Positions 19,819 through 33,483 of a stretch of DNA of 64,000 nt are shown here, in pieces. A program made the position numbers and the translations under genes. The stretch covers positions 96,001 to 160,000 of the forward strand of contig CAWJTV010000027.1 in NCBI GenBank assembly GCA_963845755.1, read 5' to 3'. The notes under the pieces were generated by a model. That model was not told the origin of the DNA. It did no database searches and was given only the letters and a program-made list of their open reading frames with translations. Source of the DNA: an uncultured Planctomycetota bacterium (GTDB lineage Bacteria > Planctomycetota > Planctomycetia > Isosphaerales > Isosphaeraceae). Every line of letters begins with the position of its first letter. Positions within the stretch are counted from its first letter, which is position 1.

Positions 19819-19865
19819 TCTTCTTCTCGTTTCCCGTGTGTCGGCTAATCTCTTCTTGAGCTGGT

Positions 19866-22469
19866 TTACGGCTTGGTCGCCGTCTTCGCCGGGGCCTTCG
19901 CTGCTGCCAGCTTTTTCTGCCACTCGTTCGCCGTGTCTTGCTTCCCCGTCGCTTCGTAGAGCTGTACGAGCCGCTCCAGGGCCTCGTTCAGTAGGATCTT
20001 CTTCGGCACGGGCATCTTCGCCTCGCGCTGCTTCATTCCCTGGTAGCCGGCCAGCAGCAGCGGCTCGGCGCCGGCATAGTTTTTCTGGCCCAGGAGCGCG
20101 GCGCCCAGCATGGATTTCGTGTCAAACGTGGTCCACGCGTCGGGCTCCTTCTTCTCGCGGATCGCAAGGCACTCGCGGAGGAGCGTCTCGGCCTTGGCGG
20201 TCTGGCCGACCCGGATGTAGCCCCTGCCGAGGCTCTGCATCACCTTGAGAGTGTGAGGGTGGCCGGGGCCGAGCCGAACCTTGATCGGCTTGAGCGCCTC
20301 CTCGAGCAGCGGCAGGGCCAGGTCGAACTTGCCGGCGGCCTGGTAGCCCCAGGCGAGATTGTTCATGCTCTGGAGCCTGTCGGGGTGATCGGGGCTGAGC
20401 CGAACCTTCCTCCGCGCGAGCGTCTCCTCGTAGAGCGGCAGGGCCAGGGCGAGCTTGCCGTCGTCCTGGTAGCCCAGGGCGAGATTGTTCATGCTTTCGA
20501 GCGTGTCGGGGTCGTCAGGGCCGAGCGTCGCCTTCCTCCGCTTGAGCGTTTCCTCGAACAACGGCAGGGCCAGGTCGAGCTTGCCAGCGGTCCAGTAGCC
20601 CATGCCGAGGTTGTTCATGGTTGTGAGTGTGCGAGGGTCGTCGGGTCCGAGTTGAACCGTAATCCGCCTGAGCGTCTCCTCGAACAACGGCAGGGCCAGG
20701 TCGAGCTTGTTAGCGACGCCGTAGCCCCAGGCGAGATGGTTCATGCTTTGGAGCGTGTCGGGGTGGTCGGGACCGAGCTGAACCTTCCTTCGCGCGAGCG
20801 TCTCCTCGAACAGGGGCAGGGCCAGGTCGAGCTTGCCGGCGGCCTGGTAGCCCGCGGCGAGGTTGTTCATGCTTGTGAGTGTGTGGCGGTCGTCGGGTCC
20901 GAGCCTGGCCGTGAAGGTCGTCCGGGCTTTGGCGAACAAGGGGATGGCCTTCTCCGGATAACCGAGGCCGAGCTGGGACTCACCCAGGGTCATTTGCATC
21001 CGAGCGACGGCCAATGGATCGCCGATGGCCTCGCCTTCGAGCTGGGCGGTCGCCTGGTCGAGCCGTTCGCCCAGCAGGGCCTGGAGCGGTTTGCCTTCCT
21101 TCTCCGCGGCTAGCGGATTCAGATCCTTGAAAATCGAGCCCAGGATCTCGTTGGCCTTCTCGATTTGCGCCAGCCGCTTCCGGGCCGTCCTCAATCCCAC
21201 CGTCGTGCCGATCACTCCCGCCACAAGCGCCAGCACCACCAGGCTCGCAGCCAGCACCGGCCCCCGGTTCCGCCGCACGAACTTGCTCAAGCGATACCGC
21301 GCCGAGGGCGGACAGGCGGCCACCGGCTCGTCTTTCAGATAGCGTTCCACGTCCGCCGCGAAGGCGCTGGCGGTCTCGTAACGCCGCGTCCGGTCCTTCT
21401 CCAGCGCCTTCATCACGATCCAGTCCAGCTCGCCCCGGAAGAGCTGGCTCAGCCGTTTCGGGTCGCTCTGCCGGCGGGCCGACACGGTCGTCCCCGCCGG
21501 CCCCAGCGTGCTGATGCGCGTGCTCGGCTTGGGCGGCTCTTCCTCCCGGATGATCCGCCGCATCTCGTCGTAGGCCGCATCATGGAAGCGATTCCGGTCA
21601 AACGGCGTCGTGCTCGTCAGCAGCTCGTAGAGCAGAACGCCCAGGGAATAGATGTCGCTGCGCGTGTCCACGTCCAGGCCGCTCAGGGCCGCTTGCTCCG
21701 GCGACATGTACAACGGCGTGCCGATCATCTGGGCGAAGTTGGTGAACAGCGTCTTGTCGGTCAACTGCTGGCCGGCCGCCTTGGCGATGCCGAAATCGAT
21801 GACCTTCACCACCGGCGTGCCGTCGTGCAGCGTGACCAGCACGTTCGACGGCTTGATGTCGCGGTGAATGATGCCTTTCTGGTGGGCGTGCTGCACCGCC
21901 TGAGAAACGTGAACGAACAGCTCCAGACGGTCGTCGAGCGTCATCTGGCTCTGGTCGCAAAACTCGGTGATCGGGATGCCCCTGACCAGCTCCATGACGA
22001 AGTATGGCCGGCCCGAGACGGTTTCGCCGCCGTCGAAGACCTGGGCGATGTTCGGATGATCCATCAGCGCCAGCGCCTGCCGCTCGGCCTCGAAGCGGGC
22101 GACGACCTGGCGCGTGTCCATGCCCGGCTTGAGCACCTTCAGGGCGACCTTGCGGCGGACGGGCTGCGTCTGCTCGGCCATGAAGACGACACCCATGCCG
22201 CCTTCGCCGATCTGCTCCAGGAGCTTGTAGTGGCCGATCACCGTGCCCGGGCCTTCGCCACGAGGCTGGTCGGTGGTGGCCGCCGGGTCGTTGGCGGCAC
22301 CGCCATGAATGCTGCCCATCGCCTGGTGGGCGTGAAGTAGTGCATCGACCCGTCCGCGCAGATCGGCGTCGGCGCCGCAGGCCTGGTCCAGGAAGGCAGG
22401 CCATTCGTCGGCCGCGCGGTCCACGGCGGTCAGGAAAATCGATCGGGCCTGGTGTTCGATCACGGTCAT
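19866..22469 (-). CDS. Hanks-type Ser/Thr protein kinase with TM helix and 42-aa TPR repeats
   Basis: IGEGGMG, VALK, HRDIKPSN, DFG and GTPLYMSPE motifs, followed by repeated LGPDHPDTL.SMNNLA units. Confidence 0.96.
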   Translation of the reverse strand: MTVIEHQARSIFLTAVDRAADEWPAFLDQACGADADLRGRVDALLHAHQAMGSIHGGAANDPAATTDQPRGEGPGTVIGHYKLLEQIGEGGMGVVFMAEQTQPVRRKVALKVLKPGMDTRQVVARFEAERQALALMDHPNIAQVFDGGETVSGRPYFVMELVRGIPITEFCDQSQMTLDDRLELFVHVSQAVQHAHQKGIIHRDIKPSNVLVTLHDGTPVVKVIDFGIAKAAGQQLTDKTLFTNFAQMIGTPLYMSPEQAALSGLDVDTRSDIYSLGVLLYELLTSTTPFDRNRFHDAAYDEMRRIIREEEPPKPSTRISTLGPAGTTVSARRQSDPKRLSQLFRGELDWIVMKALEKDRTRRYETASAFAADVERYLKDEPVAACPPSARYRLSKFVRRNRGPVLAASLVVLALVAGVIGTTVGLRTARKRLAQIEKANEILGSIFKDLNPLAAEKEGKPLQALLGERLDQATAQLEGEAIGDPLAVARMQMTLGESQLGLGYPEKAIPLFAKARTTFTARLGPDDRHTLTSMNNLAAGYQAAGKLDLALPLFEETLARRKVQLGPDHPDTLQSMNHLAWGYGVANKLDLALPLFEETLRRITVQLGPDDPRTLTTMNNLGMGYWTAGKLDLALPLFEETLKRRKATLGPDDPDTLESMNNLALGYQDDGKLALALPLYEETLARRKVRLSPDHPDRLQSMNNLAWGYQAAGKFDLALPLLEEALKPIKVRLGPGHPHTLKVMQSLGRGYIRVGQTAKAETLLRECLAIREKKEPDAWTTFDTKSMLGAALLGQKNYAGAEPLLLAGYQGMKQREAKMPVPKKILLNEALERLVQLYEATGKQDTANEWQKKLAAAKAPAKTATKP

Positions 22470-22556
22470 GGGATCCTCGTCGGCGCATCGCCTCTATCAA
22501 CCAGTGCGACGCGGCCTGGCGCGTTTTCTCACGGCGGACGAAAAATCTTCAGGCCG

Positions 22557-23118
22557 CTATGGGTTCTTCAACAGTTCGCTGTGCAGCCAGGCGCGTGCGT
22601 AAGACCAGTGCCGGTAGGCCGTCGCCGTCGAGACGCCGAGCACCGCAGCGGCCTGGTCGAGGGCCAGACCGGCAAAATACCGGAGCTTGACGAGTTCACC
22701 CGCGAGGTGGTCGAGGGCCGCCAGTCGCACGAGCGCGTCGTCCAGGGCCACGAGCTGGTCGGGGGAGATGGAGGTCGTTACGTCGAGTTCCTCGAAGTTG
22801 ACGCGCCGCCAGTCGCCGCCATGTTTCTCCCGCCCCTTGCAGCGCAGCGTTTTCGATCAGGATCCGTCGCATCGCTTCGGCGGCCGCGGCGAAGAAATGG
22901 CCGCGGCTGTTCCAGTGCTGGGCCTGCTTCACGTCAACCAACCGGAGGTAGGCCTCGTGGACCAGGGCCGTCGCTTGCAGGGTCTGGCCGGGCCGTTCGT
23001 TCGCCATCCTCTCGGCGGCCAGCTTGCGCAGCTCGTCGTAGACCAGGGGCAGGAGTTGGTCAGCGGCCTGCGAGTCGCCTTGCTCAAGCTCAGATAGGAT
23101 GCGCGTCACTGCGCTCAT
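22557..23118 (-). CDS. ECF sigma factor, planctomycete TIGR02999 type (frameshift near 22845)
   Basis: [29 protein letters not shown] and [14 protein letters not shown], then after a 1-nt shift [10 protein letters not shown]...WSYARAWL. It lies directly upstream of the kinase. Confidence 0.92.
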
Positions 23119-23325
23119 CAGCTACCCCTCCCAGAGGTGGGTTCGCACTCGCGTGAGTGTAACCGCTCGCGAAGCCGGTTGCCAGGGTGCGCGGGCACGG
23201 TCCGAGGCATTGCTGCTCACGCACCGTAAAGAGCGGACCTGGGTGAGATCCATCCCACTCCAAGAACCCTGAACCGGCTGGGTACAATCGTGGCGGGGAT
23301 AGCTCACGAGCGTTGAGGGCGGGAC

Positions 23326-24336
23326 ATGATGAATCTGATCGACCGGCTCAAGCAATGGTCCGAGATCCAGCGCGTGCGCCCGATCCACGAGGCGCCGGAC
23401 GTCGCGGGCGGACGGGATGCCGAGCTGCTGCTGAAGGAGCTGGTCGGTGCGTCCTTCCAGGCCCATTCGGCCTACCTCTTCGCCGGGCGGCGCATCCCCT
23501 CGAAACGCCAGGGGCGCCGGCGCGAGATCGACCTGATCGTCTGCACGCCCAAGATGATCCACCTGATCGAGGTGAAGAACTGGTCGGGCCGGCTGGACGT
23601 CCGGGACGGGGTCTGGTGCCAGACCCGCCGCAATGGTCAGGTCGTGGAGCACCCGGACCTGTTCGAGGCGAACCGGCAGAGGCAGGATGCGGTCGTGGAG
23701 TATCTCCACGAGCGGGGCCTGTCCCTCGCCGAATCGTTCATTCGGGACCACATCGGCCCGAAGATCATCCTGATGAACCCGCACCTGGAGCTCGAGCGCG
23801 CGATCGAGGAGCGTCCCGACGTCATCTCGCGTCGGGAGCTGGACGATTATCTCGGGCGACAGCCGCAGCGCGGGCGCGGCGAACGGATGTTCTCCTCGTT
23901 GATCGAGCTCTGCCGCGACCGCGAATCGCAACTCGAAGCGGCCTCGGCGCGATCCGCATGGGTCGAGATTCCCAACGATCCGTACCAGCGGATGGTCGCC
24001 CTGCTGGCGCAGGCCGGGACCTGGGACCGGCTCCATCTCCATGGTACGAAGGTCATCACGGGCGACGTGCTGGAACTGGCCATCGGCCGGAAGTCTTACT
24101 TCCGGCGCGAGCTGAAGGAACTGGCGGCCGATCTCCCGCTCCGGCTCCATTGGACGAGAGGGGGCGCGCTGGGGCTGGCGAAGGCCATGTCAGGCCGAGG
24201 CGCCATGGGAGTCCTCTACCTTGGCCGGACTCGCATGGAGGTCTCGCCGAGCGACACTGTCAGGTTCCACGCGGTTGGCGAGCCGGAACCGGCATCGCAC
24301 AAGCTGGTCGAGGTGAATCAGATCATCCTGGGATGA
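23326..24336 (+). CDS. NERD nuclease-related domain protein
   Basis: REIDLIV...IHLIEVKNWSG motif. Confidence 0.8.
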   Translation: MMNLIDRLKQWSEIQRVRPIHEAPDVAGGRDAELLLKELVGASFQAHSAYLFAGRRIPSKRQGRRREIDLIVCTPKMIHLIEVKNWSGRLDVRDGVWCQTRRNGQVVEHPDLFEANRQRQDAVVEYLHERGLSLAESFIRDHIGPKIILMNPHLELERAIEERPDVISRRELDDYLGRQPQRGRGERMFSSLIELCRDRESQLEAASARSAWVEIPNDPYQRMVALLAQAGTWDRLHLHGTKVITGDVLELAIGRKSYFRRELKELAADLPLRLHWTRGGALGLAKAMSGRGAMGVLYLGRTRMEVSPSDTVRFHAVGEPEPASHKLVEVNQIILG

Positions 24337-24367
24337 CTCAGGCTGTGAGGTCCACCGACTCCCGGCT

Positions 24368-24682
24368 TCAGGCCGCGACCGTCCGGGCCGGGTCGAGCCG
24401 TTGGCAGAGCAAGAGTTGCAACGGCTGCTGCTCCAATTCCTCGAATGTCGATGACGTTTCGAGGAGTTTGTGCATCCGTTCCAGCTCGTCGCGGTGGTCC
24501 TCGCCGTCGTAGTCCTCCTCATCCAGCATGACTTCGATGCTGGACAGGGCGGCGTCTCGGGCCGCTTCGAACGTTTCGTAGTGGTCGTACTGTTCCGGGT
24601 CGAACAGACCATCTGGATCGAGGATCACCGTGTCCACGGCATCGATCGGGAGATGAACGTAGGGCTTCGAGAGAAAATGCAT
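24368..24682 (-). CDS. Acidic hypothetical protein (104 aa)
   Basis: AAGGAG RBS before MHFLSKPY...; this is the C-terminal part of the artefactually long ORF 24368..25732. Confidence 0.7.
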   Translation of the reverse strand: MHFLSKPYVHLPIDAVDTVILDPDGLFDPEQYDHYETFEAARDAALSSIEVMLDEEDYDGEDHRDELERMHKLLETSSTFEELEQQPLQLLLCQRLDPARTVAA

Positions 24683-25110
24683 GAGGCGATCATACTCCTT
24701 TAACAAGGGGCGGTTGCGGTTGCTGCATGAAAGTCTACGCCGGGCGGAAAGGGTTGGTTCACGAAAAAACCTGTAGGTCTGACGCCCGACCGAGCGAGGA
24801 AGTTCCCGGGAGTCCAGCCGCGGGCTGCTTTCGTTCCCGGTTGTCCGCGCGCCGCAATGCGACGCTCCTGCGGTTCTTGAAGCACTACGGCATGATATCT
24901 CGCGTGTGACAGGGGCCGGTCTTCGGGAATCGTCGATCCGATGCTTCTCTTTCCGATCCGCAGCCGTGGGAGGGAAGAGCGGCGTCGGATCGCGGAGTCT
25001 CGGCGCAGCCAGGAACACGCCCCTCGTTGTGAGGGGCGTGCCCGGATGATCGCCTCGTTGGGAGTGGTGGCTTCGGCTGGGTCGCGCATCGTCGCGGCGT
25101 TGCGAATCCA

Positions 25111-25594
25111 TCAACCGACGCTGGCGGCCACATCGTCGGCCAGGCGTTCCAGCACCTCGCGGGTGAGCTGGCAGGGAACCTTCCGGCGCGCTGCGCGTTC
25201 CTTCGTCGAACGCGTAGCGTTCCATCCTTAACGAACCGTTCTGGAAGAGGTGGACCTGGTAGTAGCCGCGCTGCTCGGCGCGGGCGGTCGGGTTCTGGCT
25301 GCGGATCTGGACTTCGCCGCCGCCGGCATCGATCTCGAAGAGCTTCAGCGGCTCCATGAGGTAGGTCACCCGGCCGGCCAGCCGCTCGGCCCAGCCGCGG
25401 AGGGCCTCCGACGTCCACTCGGGCCGGCTCGTCGTGGCGAACTCCAGCGTGGTGAACGCCAGGCCGACCGAATCGAGGGCCGAGAGGTTCAAGGTCAGGC
25501 GGTTCGGACCGTCCTCGACCGTGACCGCGCACGGCGGGTCGTGGACCTTCGTGTTTTCATCAAGCACGGCGTCGATCTTTTTGCTCAGGCTCAT
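25111..25594 (-). CDS. Hypothetical protein overlapping the spoVR 3' end (frameshift near 25190)
   Basis: [10 protein letters not shown]...RVTYLMEPL..E.D...VQIRS...YYQV; the shifted frame continues PCQLTREVLERLADDVAASVG*. Confidence 0.72.
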
Positions 25595-27120
25595 GAGACG
25601 AACCTCCCAATGGGCGGATTGAATGATCGGTTCCATCGAACGAAAGCAGCGTGGGCCGCCCGTCGACGCAGGTCTCCAGATGGACCGGGCGCGTCCAGAG
25701 GCGGTGCAAGTGCCGGAGCGTGTCCTGAGCATGGTCGAGCCTCAGGTCCACGCCGAAGTACTCGTGCTGCAAGTAAAGCTCACCGCGGTTGCGGTGATTG
25801 GCATCCTTCACCCGGATGATCGGCTGCCCGAAATTGGTCAGGTTGAACAGCAGCCGTTCCTTGATCTTCTTGAACTCCCGGCTCTCGATCTCGTACATCT
25901 CGGTCTGGTCGTTGTGGCGATAGCTGAAGAGCTGGTATCGGCGGCAGAAGTCCACGGTCAGGAACGTGTCGATGAAGGTCACGTCGTTGTGAATCCGCCG
26001 GACCTCGAAGATCTTCTGGCGACCTAACCCCATCGCCTTGTCCCAGTTCCGCCGCATGTCGTAGTTGTCACACTCGTCCCATTCCGAGCCGAACTGGCCC
26101 TTGTTCCAGCGTTCCTCGATGTCGCGGAGCAGTTCGATGCCCAGCTTGTAGGGATTGAGCCGGCCCGGCTGGGTGGCCATCGTCCCGGAGTGATGGTCGG
26201 CGTAGTCGAGCAGCTCGGAAGGATGGAGGGTCTTCTGCGTCATGATCGTCGAGTGCCAGAACGAGGCCCAGCCCTCGTTCATGATCTTGGTCTGCCCCTG
26301 GGGCGCGAAGTAATACGCTTCCTCCCGGATGATCGCCAGGACGTCGTGCTGCCAGGCCTTCAGCGGTGCGTGCTCGAGGAGGAACAGCAACACGTCGCGC
26401 TCCGGCTGCTCCGGGAGCGACTGCGGCTTGGCCCTCTCCTTTTCCCGATCGCTGTCCCGTTTCCGCGCCTCCTCCTTGAGGACACTCGGTGGGTTGATGA
26501 ACGAGTCCATGTAATCCTTGCTCTGGAACCGCGTCGGCTGCTCCTCTTCCTCTCCGTTGGCGGCGAAGTCGTAGCGGTTGACCTCCTCGCGCCGTTTGAT
26601 ATGTGGCGAATAGATGTCGATCAGGTTCTCCAGCGACAGGCAGTTGTCGATGAAGTTCTCGACGGTTTCCTCGCCGTAGCGGTCCATGTGCGCGCGGATC
26701 CGCGTGCCGTGGTTGGCCGTCTCATCCATCATCTTGCGGTTGGTCTGGCTGAACCAGACGGTTGTTCTTGAAGAAGTCATTGTGGCCGTAGACATGCGCC
26801 ATGACGAGCTTCTGGTCAACCATCTGGTTGCAGCGCAGGAGATAGGCATAGCACGGGTCGTTGTTGATGACCATCTCGTAGATCTTCTGGAGCCCGTAGC
26901 GGTAGCCCTTGGAGAGCTGCTGGAACTCCATGCCGAACCGCCAGTGGGGATACCGATTCGGGAAGCCGCCGAGGGCGGCGACCTCGGAGATCTCGTCGTA
27001 GTCGCAGACCTCGAAGATCGTGTCGTAGAAGTCCAGGCCGTAGGCGCGCGCGTGCGCCTCGGTCTCGATCTGCATGTCGCGAAGATCCGGCGGCAGGCTG
27101 TGAACGTTGAGGGTCGACAT
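25560..27120 (-). CDS. spoVR: SpoVR/YcgB family protein (frameshift near 26760)
   Basis: [54 protein letters not shown] and NPYKLG motifs. Confidence 0.95.
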
Positions 27121-27196
27121 GAGTTTGATTCCGTTTTATGAGGACACCGGTCCACTCTCTTTACGATCTCAACCGGTCGAATGTTGGATTCGATTC

Positions 27197-27890
27197 TCAG
27201 CCGGGCCCTCCGGCTTGTCGTCGGACGCGGGGCTTGAGCGTGCGGCGGACCCAGGCTCGGAGCGTCCGGGCCCATTCGGTCTCGGATACGGTTTGAGTCC
27301 GACTAACCCACTCGTGCAACTCGATCCGCGGCCAGGAACGGGAAGGCCGCACTGGTCGCCGACGGGGCGTACCGGCCATTCGGCTGAAGGACCAGGATAA
27401 CCACCTTCGCCACGTTGCAAATCCAGACCTCGGGCACTCGGAACCGCCGATAGACCTCGACCGCCGCATCGGCGTCGTGTGAGTGGACGGCTTCGATGGC
27501 CAGGTCTGGGGGCGGGTCGTTCTTGAGATGAAGGTTATCCTTGCCGCGAATTCGAGCCTCATTGGCCAGGTAGTAAGTCTGGTCACCCTCGACGCCGCCG
27601 TTCTTGGCCCGACGGCGGAAGGTCGTCGAACCTGCCGCAACGAAAGGGATGTTGAGGGCGACCACGACTTCAGTGACAAACCAATCGAGACGAGTCTTGA
27701 GCCGTTCGTGCGGAAATGACGGCGACATGAGCCACACCGTCCCATCGAGATAAACCATGCGAGGCGCGGGACGCTCGCGGCGGAGCCGCAGGAGCGTCAA
27801 GTAGCCATTCCAGCCAATGTCGCGGAGTGCGACGCACTGGTCGCCCTCAGCGTCTCGGGTGGACTCAATGATTGCCGTCGCCGTGCTCAT
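27197..27890 (-). CDS. Uma2/DUF820 family endonuclease (frameshift near 27325)
   Basis: RMVYLDG...MSP..PHE, GVEGD, PPPDLAIE and VPEVW motifs; the helical tail continues in ORF 27197..27745. Confidence 0.85.
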
Positions 27891-27917
27891 GAACGGCCCC
27901 AATCGATTGAGGAAGAC

Positions 27918-28578
27918 TTAACTCTTTGCGATTAAAGGAAGAACGTCGCTAACCTTGATCCGCCCTAGCTCGCGGCCTTCGAGGATCACGAGCACTTCGT
28001 CGTCCTGACGGTAAACCTGGCTATCCCGATAACCTGCCGCCTTGCCCCGGCCCGAAGGGGACGAGTAGACCTCGATCTGGCGCTGGGCAGGTTACGATCC
28101 AGTAGACCGGGATCTTGATCGCCGCGTACCGCGCCACTTCGATCCACGATCCATCGCGTAGGACGGAATCGGCCACTTCGACCAACATCCCGAGGTCGGC
28201 GACCGGGGATCCTGCTGAGCGATAGTCGGTCGTCGCGGTCCTCGGGCCACCGCGATGTCGGGCTCCGGGTACGCCAGTACGGCCGAGTCACAACGGACTT
28301 CTCCTCGCGGATCGACCCAGGCCGGCTTGAGGACGTCCCGGAGATGCTCGCCGAGTTCCCTGACGGCGAAGTTGTGCGGATCATGTCTTGACCATCTTGT
28401 CAACCAGCAGGCCCCCCAGCAGCTCGACATGGTCCTCATCGCGGAAGATCCCGGCGTCGATCATTTTGAGGAACTGCCGCACGGTCAGCCGATAGGGGAC
28501 CAAGCCGGAGGCGGTCGCCGGGCGTGCGCCGGGAGGCGGTGCGGTCGGGATTGCCGTCTGGGACTGGGTCGACATCAT
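27918..28578 (-). pseudogene. Uma2/DUF820 family endonuclease with several frameshifts (pseudogene or sequencing error)
   Basis: YRLTVRQFLKMIDAGI..VELLGG, PEPDIAV, IPVYWIV and QIEVY pieces lie in different frames. Confidence 0.75.
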
Positions 28579-29156
28579 CGGGTCTCGGTCTCGTTCTGGT
28601 ACTGCTTCTCGGCCTCGGCGAGGTCGAGTTTCTTACGATTCAGTTCGGTTGACAGCCTGGCGAACTCGCTTTTCCTCATGTCAACCAATACGGCAAAGGG
28701 GTTCTGAAAACCCTTCAGGATACCGAGGAGTTCCTTGGCGGCTCCTTTCTCTCCCTTGGCGAGATCCGCCACTGCTTGCGAGAGTTTTGTTCCGTCGACG
28801 CCCTTGAGTTCATCGGCTCCGCCCGAGCGAATCCGCTCGATGATCTCGGAGGTTTCTTTGTCGCTCTTTCCCCTTAGCTCGAGAGCCCCGGCGCCGAGCG
28901 TGTCGAACGTCGTGAGTTCCGTGATCCCGACCAACTCCATGGCTTTTGCCAAGTTCGCCCGCGCCCTTCGGAACTCGACTTGCAAGACATCCACCTCGGT
29001 TCGCAGGGTGATGACTCGCTCCCGGAGCTGAGCCCTGCCCGAGGCCGAAGGATCGGCCTTCTCAGCCGTTTGTTGGGCTCGCGAAAACGTCGCAGCCCCA
29101 ACTCCCACCAAAATGATGAGCCCCAATCCCAACCCGAGGGTTCGCGCGATTCTCAT
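28575..29156 (-). CDS. Exported/membrane-anchored coiled-coil hypothetical protein
   Basis: N-terminal hydrophobic segment followed by helical heptads; 193 aa. Confidence 0.7.
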   Translation of the reverse strand: MRIARTLGLGLGLIILVGVGAATFSRAQQTAEKADPSASGRAQLRERVITLRTEVDVLQVEFRRARANLAKAMELVGITELTTFDTLGAGALELRGKSDKETSEIIERIRSGGADELKGVDGTKLSQAVADLAKGEKGAAKELLGILKGFQNPFAVLVDMRKSEFARLSTELNRKKLDLAEAEKQYQNETETR

Positions 29157-29189
29157 CCCTGGCCTCGCTTCCTGAAGACCTGAAAACGG

Positions 29190-30293
29190 TCACCGTCCGC
29201 GTCCGAGGAACTCCTTGATTGAGTCGTAAATGCCTTCCTTGTTCCGGATTTCCGATAACGCCAGGTTCTCCTCCTCCTCGAACGCCTCCTCAAGCTCGCG
29301 GTAGAATTCGCCCGAGCCGTAGGGGCTTTCGACCTGTCCGTAGCAGAAGAGGTTGCATTTGGGGAGGAGCTGGTCGCGCAACAGGCTGATGCAGTGTCGG
29401 TTGTCCTCGCCCCAGTTGTCGCCGTCGGAGAAGTGGAACACGTAGATGTTCCAATCCACCTGGGGATGCTGGTCGTCGATGATCTTGTTGGCCAGGTTGT
29501 AGGCCGAGCTGATCCGGGTCCCGCCGCTCTCTCTCGTGTGGTAGAACGTGTGCTCGTCCACTTCCCGGGCGACGGCATCATGGATGATATAGCGCGTGGT
29601 CACGCCGTCGTACTGGCTCTTGAGCCAGGCATCGATCCAGAACGACTCGGTGCGGACGATCTCCTTCTGGTCGTCGGTCATGGAGCCGGAGACGTCCATG
29701 AGGTAGAAGATGACGGCGTTGAACTGGGGGAGCGAGATCGGGTTCCAGGACCGGTAGAGCTTGTCCTCGCGGATCGGGATGACGAGAGGCTCCTTGGGGT
29801 CGTAGGCGTTGGAGGCGATCTGGCGCTTGAGGGCTTTCTTGTAGGTGCGTTTGAAGTGACGGAGGCTTTCCGGCCCGGTCTGGCGGATGCCGGTGTATTT
29901 GTCTTTTTCCTCGACGATGTTGGCGCGGCCCTTGGGCTCGATGTGGGGGAGGGCGAGCTCCTCGCCGAGGATCTGCGCGATCTCGTCCATGGTGAGCTCG
30001 ACTTCGAGGATATGGTGGCCGGGGGCCTCGCCGGCGCCGGTGCCCGCTTCGCCGTCGCCGGACCGACCGATCGGCGTACCGACGTCGCCGGGACCCTGGC
30101 CGACTCCGCCGCGGTTCTTGGTCCCGTAGCGGAACTCGGGGATCTCGATCTGGGGCAGGGGGATGGAAACCAGCTCGCCCCCGGTCTTGCCGATCATCTC
30201 GCCGTGCGTGATGTATTTCCGCAGGTCGGACTTGATCTTGCCGCGGACAATCTGCTTGAACCGGTTGGCGTCGCGATCAATTTTTCGAACCAC
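29190..30293 (-). CDS. yeaH: YeaH/YhbH (DUF444, UPF0229) vWA-like protein
   Basis: [36 protein letters not shown] and HFSDGDNW motifs; GTG start with GGAGG RBS. Confidence 0.93.
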   Translation of the reverse strand: MVRKIDRDANRFKQIVRGKIKSDLRKYITHGEMIGKTGGELVSIPLPQIEIPEFRYGTKNRGGVGQGPGDVGTPIGRSGDGEAGTGAGEAPGHHILEVELTMDEIAQILGEELALPHIEPKGRANIVEEKDKYTGIRQTGPESLRHFKRTYKKALKRQIASNAYDPKEPLVIPIREDKLYRSWNPISLPQFNAVIFYLMDVSGSMTDDQKEIVRTESFWIDAWLKSQYDGVTTRYIIHDAVAREVDEHTFYHTRESGGTRISSAYNLANKIIDDQHPQVDWNIYVFHFSDGDNWGEDNRHCISLLRDQLLPKCNLFCYGQVESPYGSGEFYRELEEAFEEEENLALSEIRNKEGIYDSIKEFLGRGR

Positions 30294-30670
30294 GGCCGTT
30301 TGGCCCTCCCCGTTAGAGCCGGCGTGCGGACAAGAGGTCCGCACCATGCCACAATTGGGGGCCTCTCCGTACGATCGCCCCGAAATACAACGCCGCTTGC
30401 CCGGAAGCGCAGCAGTTCGCGATCCGGTCTCAGCGGTCCACCGAGCCGAAAATCAAAAGATCGATTGGGGGAAAACCGACCTGGAAACGATCGGTCGAGG
30501 GGGGTCGAGACGATTCAGAGTGCTTTCTGTCCGGTTGTCAGCGCCGGTGACCCAAGATGTCCCTCAGCAAATTGTATTCCCCAACCCCGTAAGTGGCCAA
30601 GAGCAATGCGCAGTCCGTTTCCTGTTTTCATCAGCGTCGATCTTCGCAGAATCGGCCCGTTCCTGTCGGC

Positions 30671-31351
30671 TCAGCCCTGGTCCGGCCCAGGCCGTGCTTC
30701 CTGGACGCCCTGCCAGAACTCCAGGTACTTCTCGCGGACGTAAGGATTGAGCTCTTCGGCGAGCTCGGCGGGAAGGCGACGTTTCTCGATCAAGGCGACC
30801 ACGTCAACGAAGTCCTTCATGCGGTGGATCCCACCAGTCATTCCGGACGCCAGTTTCAACTCGACGAGCTTGGGCAGAGACAGGACGCGGATGCCATCGA
30901 TAATCACGCTGGCCTGTTCCGGTTGCGGAAAGGCGACGGATTTCGGCTTGCCGTCACCCGGGAATTCTCCCGCGATGAGAAACTCAATCCGGACTCCATA
31001 TTCCGAATCGCGGAGGTTCTTGCTGCTGGCGAATGGAGGAACGTAACCAAGACCTTCCAGGCGAGCATGGATGGTCTTGAGGCCATCGCGGCTGACCAAG
31101 ATGTCCACGTCTTCGGTGAATCGACGATGACCGTGCTTGAACAGTGCCATGCCGCCACAAACAGCGTACGGGATCTCAAGCTCCTCGAGACGTCGCGCAA
31201 TCTTTTGAAGCGTCTCCTGGACGGCACTCTTCTCCTCGAAATAACGGCTCCCCTCGCTCAAAGCCCACCTCCCATCGCGATCGAGAAGTTCTTCGTAAAC
31301 GGGAGTACTCGTTCCGAGAGACTGGGCAGATTCCATGGCGTGCATCCCCAT
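30671..31351 (-). CDS. Nucleotidyltransferase-fold (Pol beta superfamily) protein
   Basis: YAVCGGMAL..HG..RFTEDVDILV and LVELKLASG...KDFVDV motifs. Confidence 0.8.
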   Translation of the reverse strand: MGMHAMESAQSLGTSTPVYEELLDRDGRWALSEGSRYFEEKSAVQETLQKIARRLEELEIPYAVCGGMALFKHGHRRFTEDVDILVSRDGLKTIHARLEGLGYVPPFASSKNLRDSEYGVRIEFLIAGEFPGDGKPKSVAFPQPEQASVIIDGIRVLSLPKLVELKLASGMTGGIHRMKDFVDVVALIEKRRLPAELAEELNPYVREKYLEFWQGVQEARPGPDQG

Positions 31352-31422
31352 CCGCGGCGGCTGGGATCAGTCCCCAGAAAACTGGAGACTGATCCCCCCG
31401 GCCGGGTTCACAGGTTCGCGTC

Positions 31423-33483
<2,061 letters not shown>

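Noticed and set aside
20240..20900. 126-bp periodic DNA repeats
   Set aside because: They are explained by the 42-aa TPR repeats of the kinase.
24368..25732. 454-aa ORF as one protein
   Set aside because: It joins two separate genes through a low-complexity intergenic stretch because of an indel near 25190. The second gene has its own RBS.
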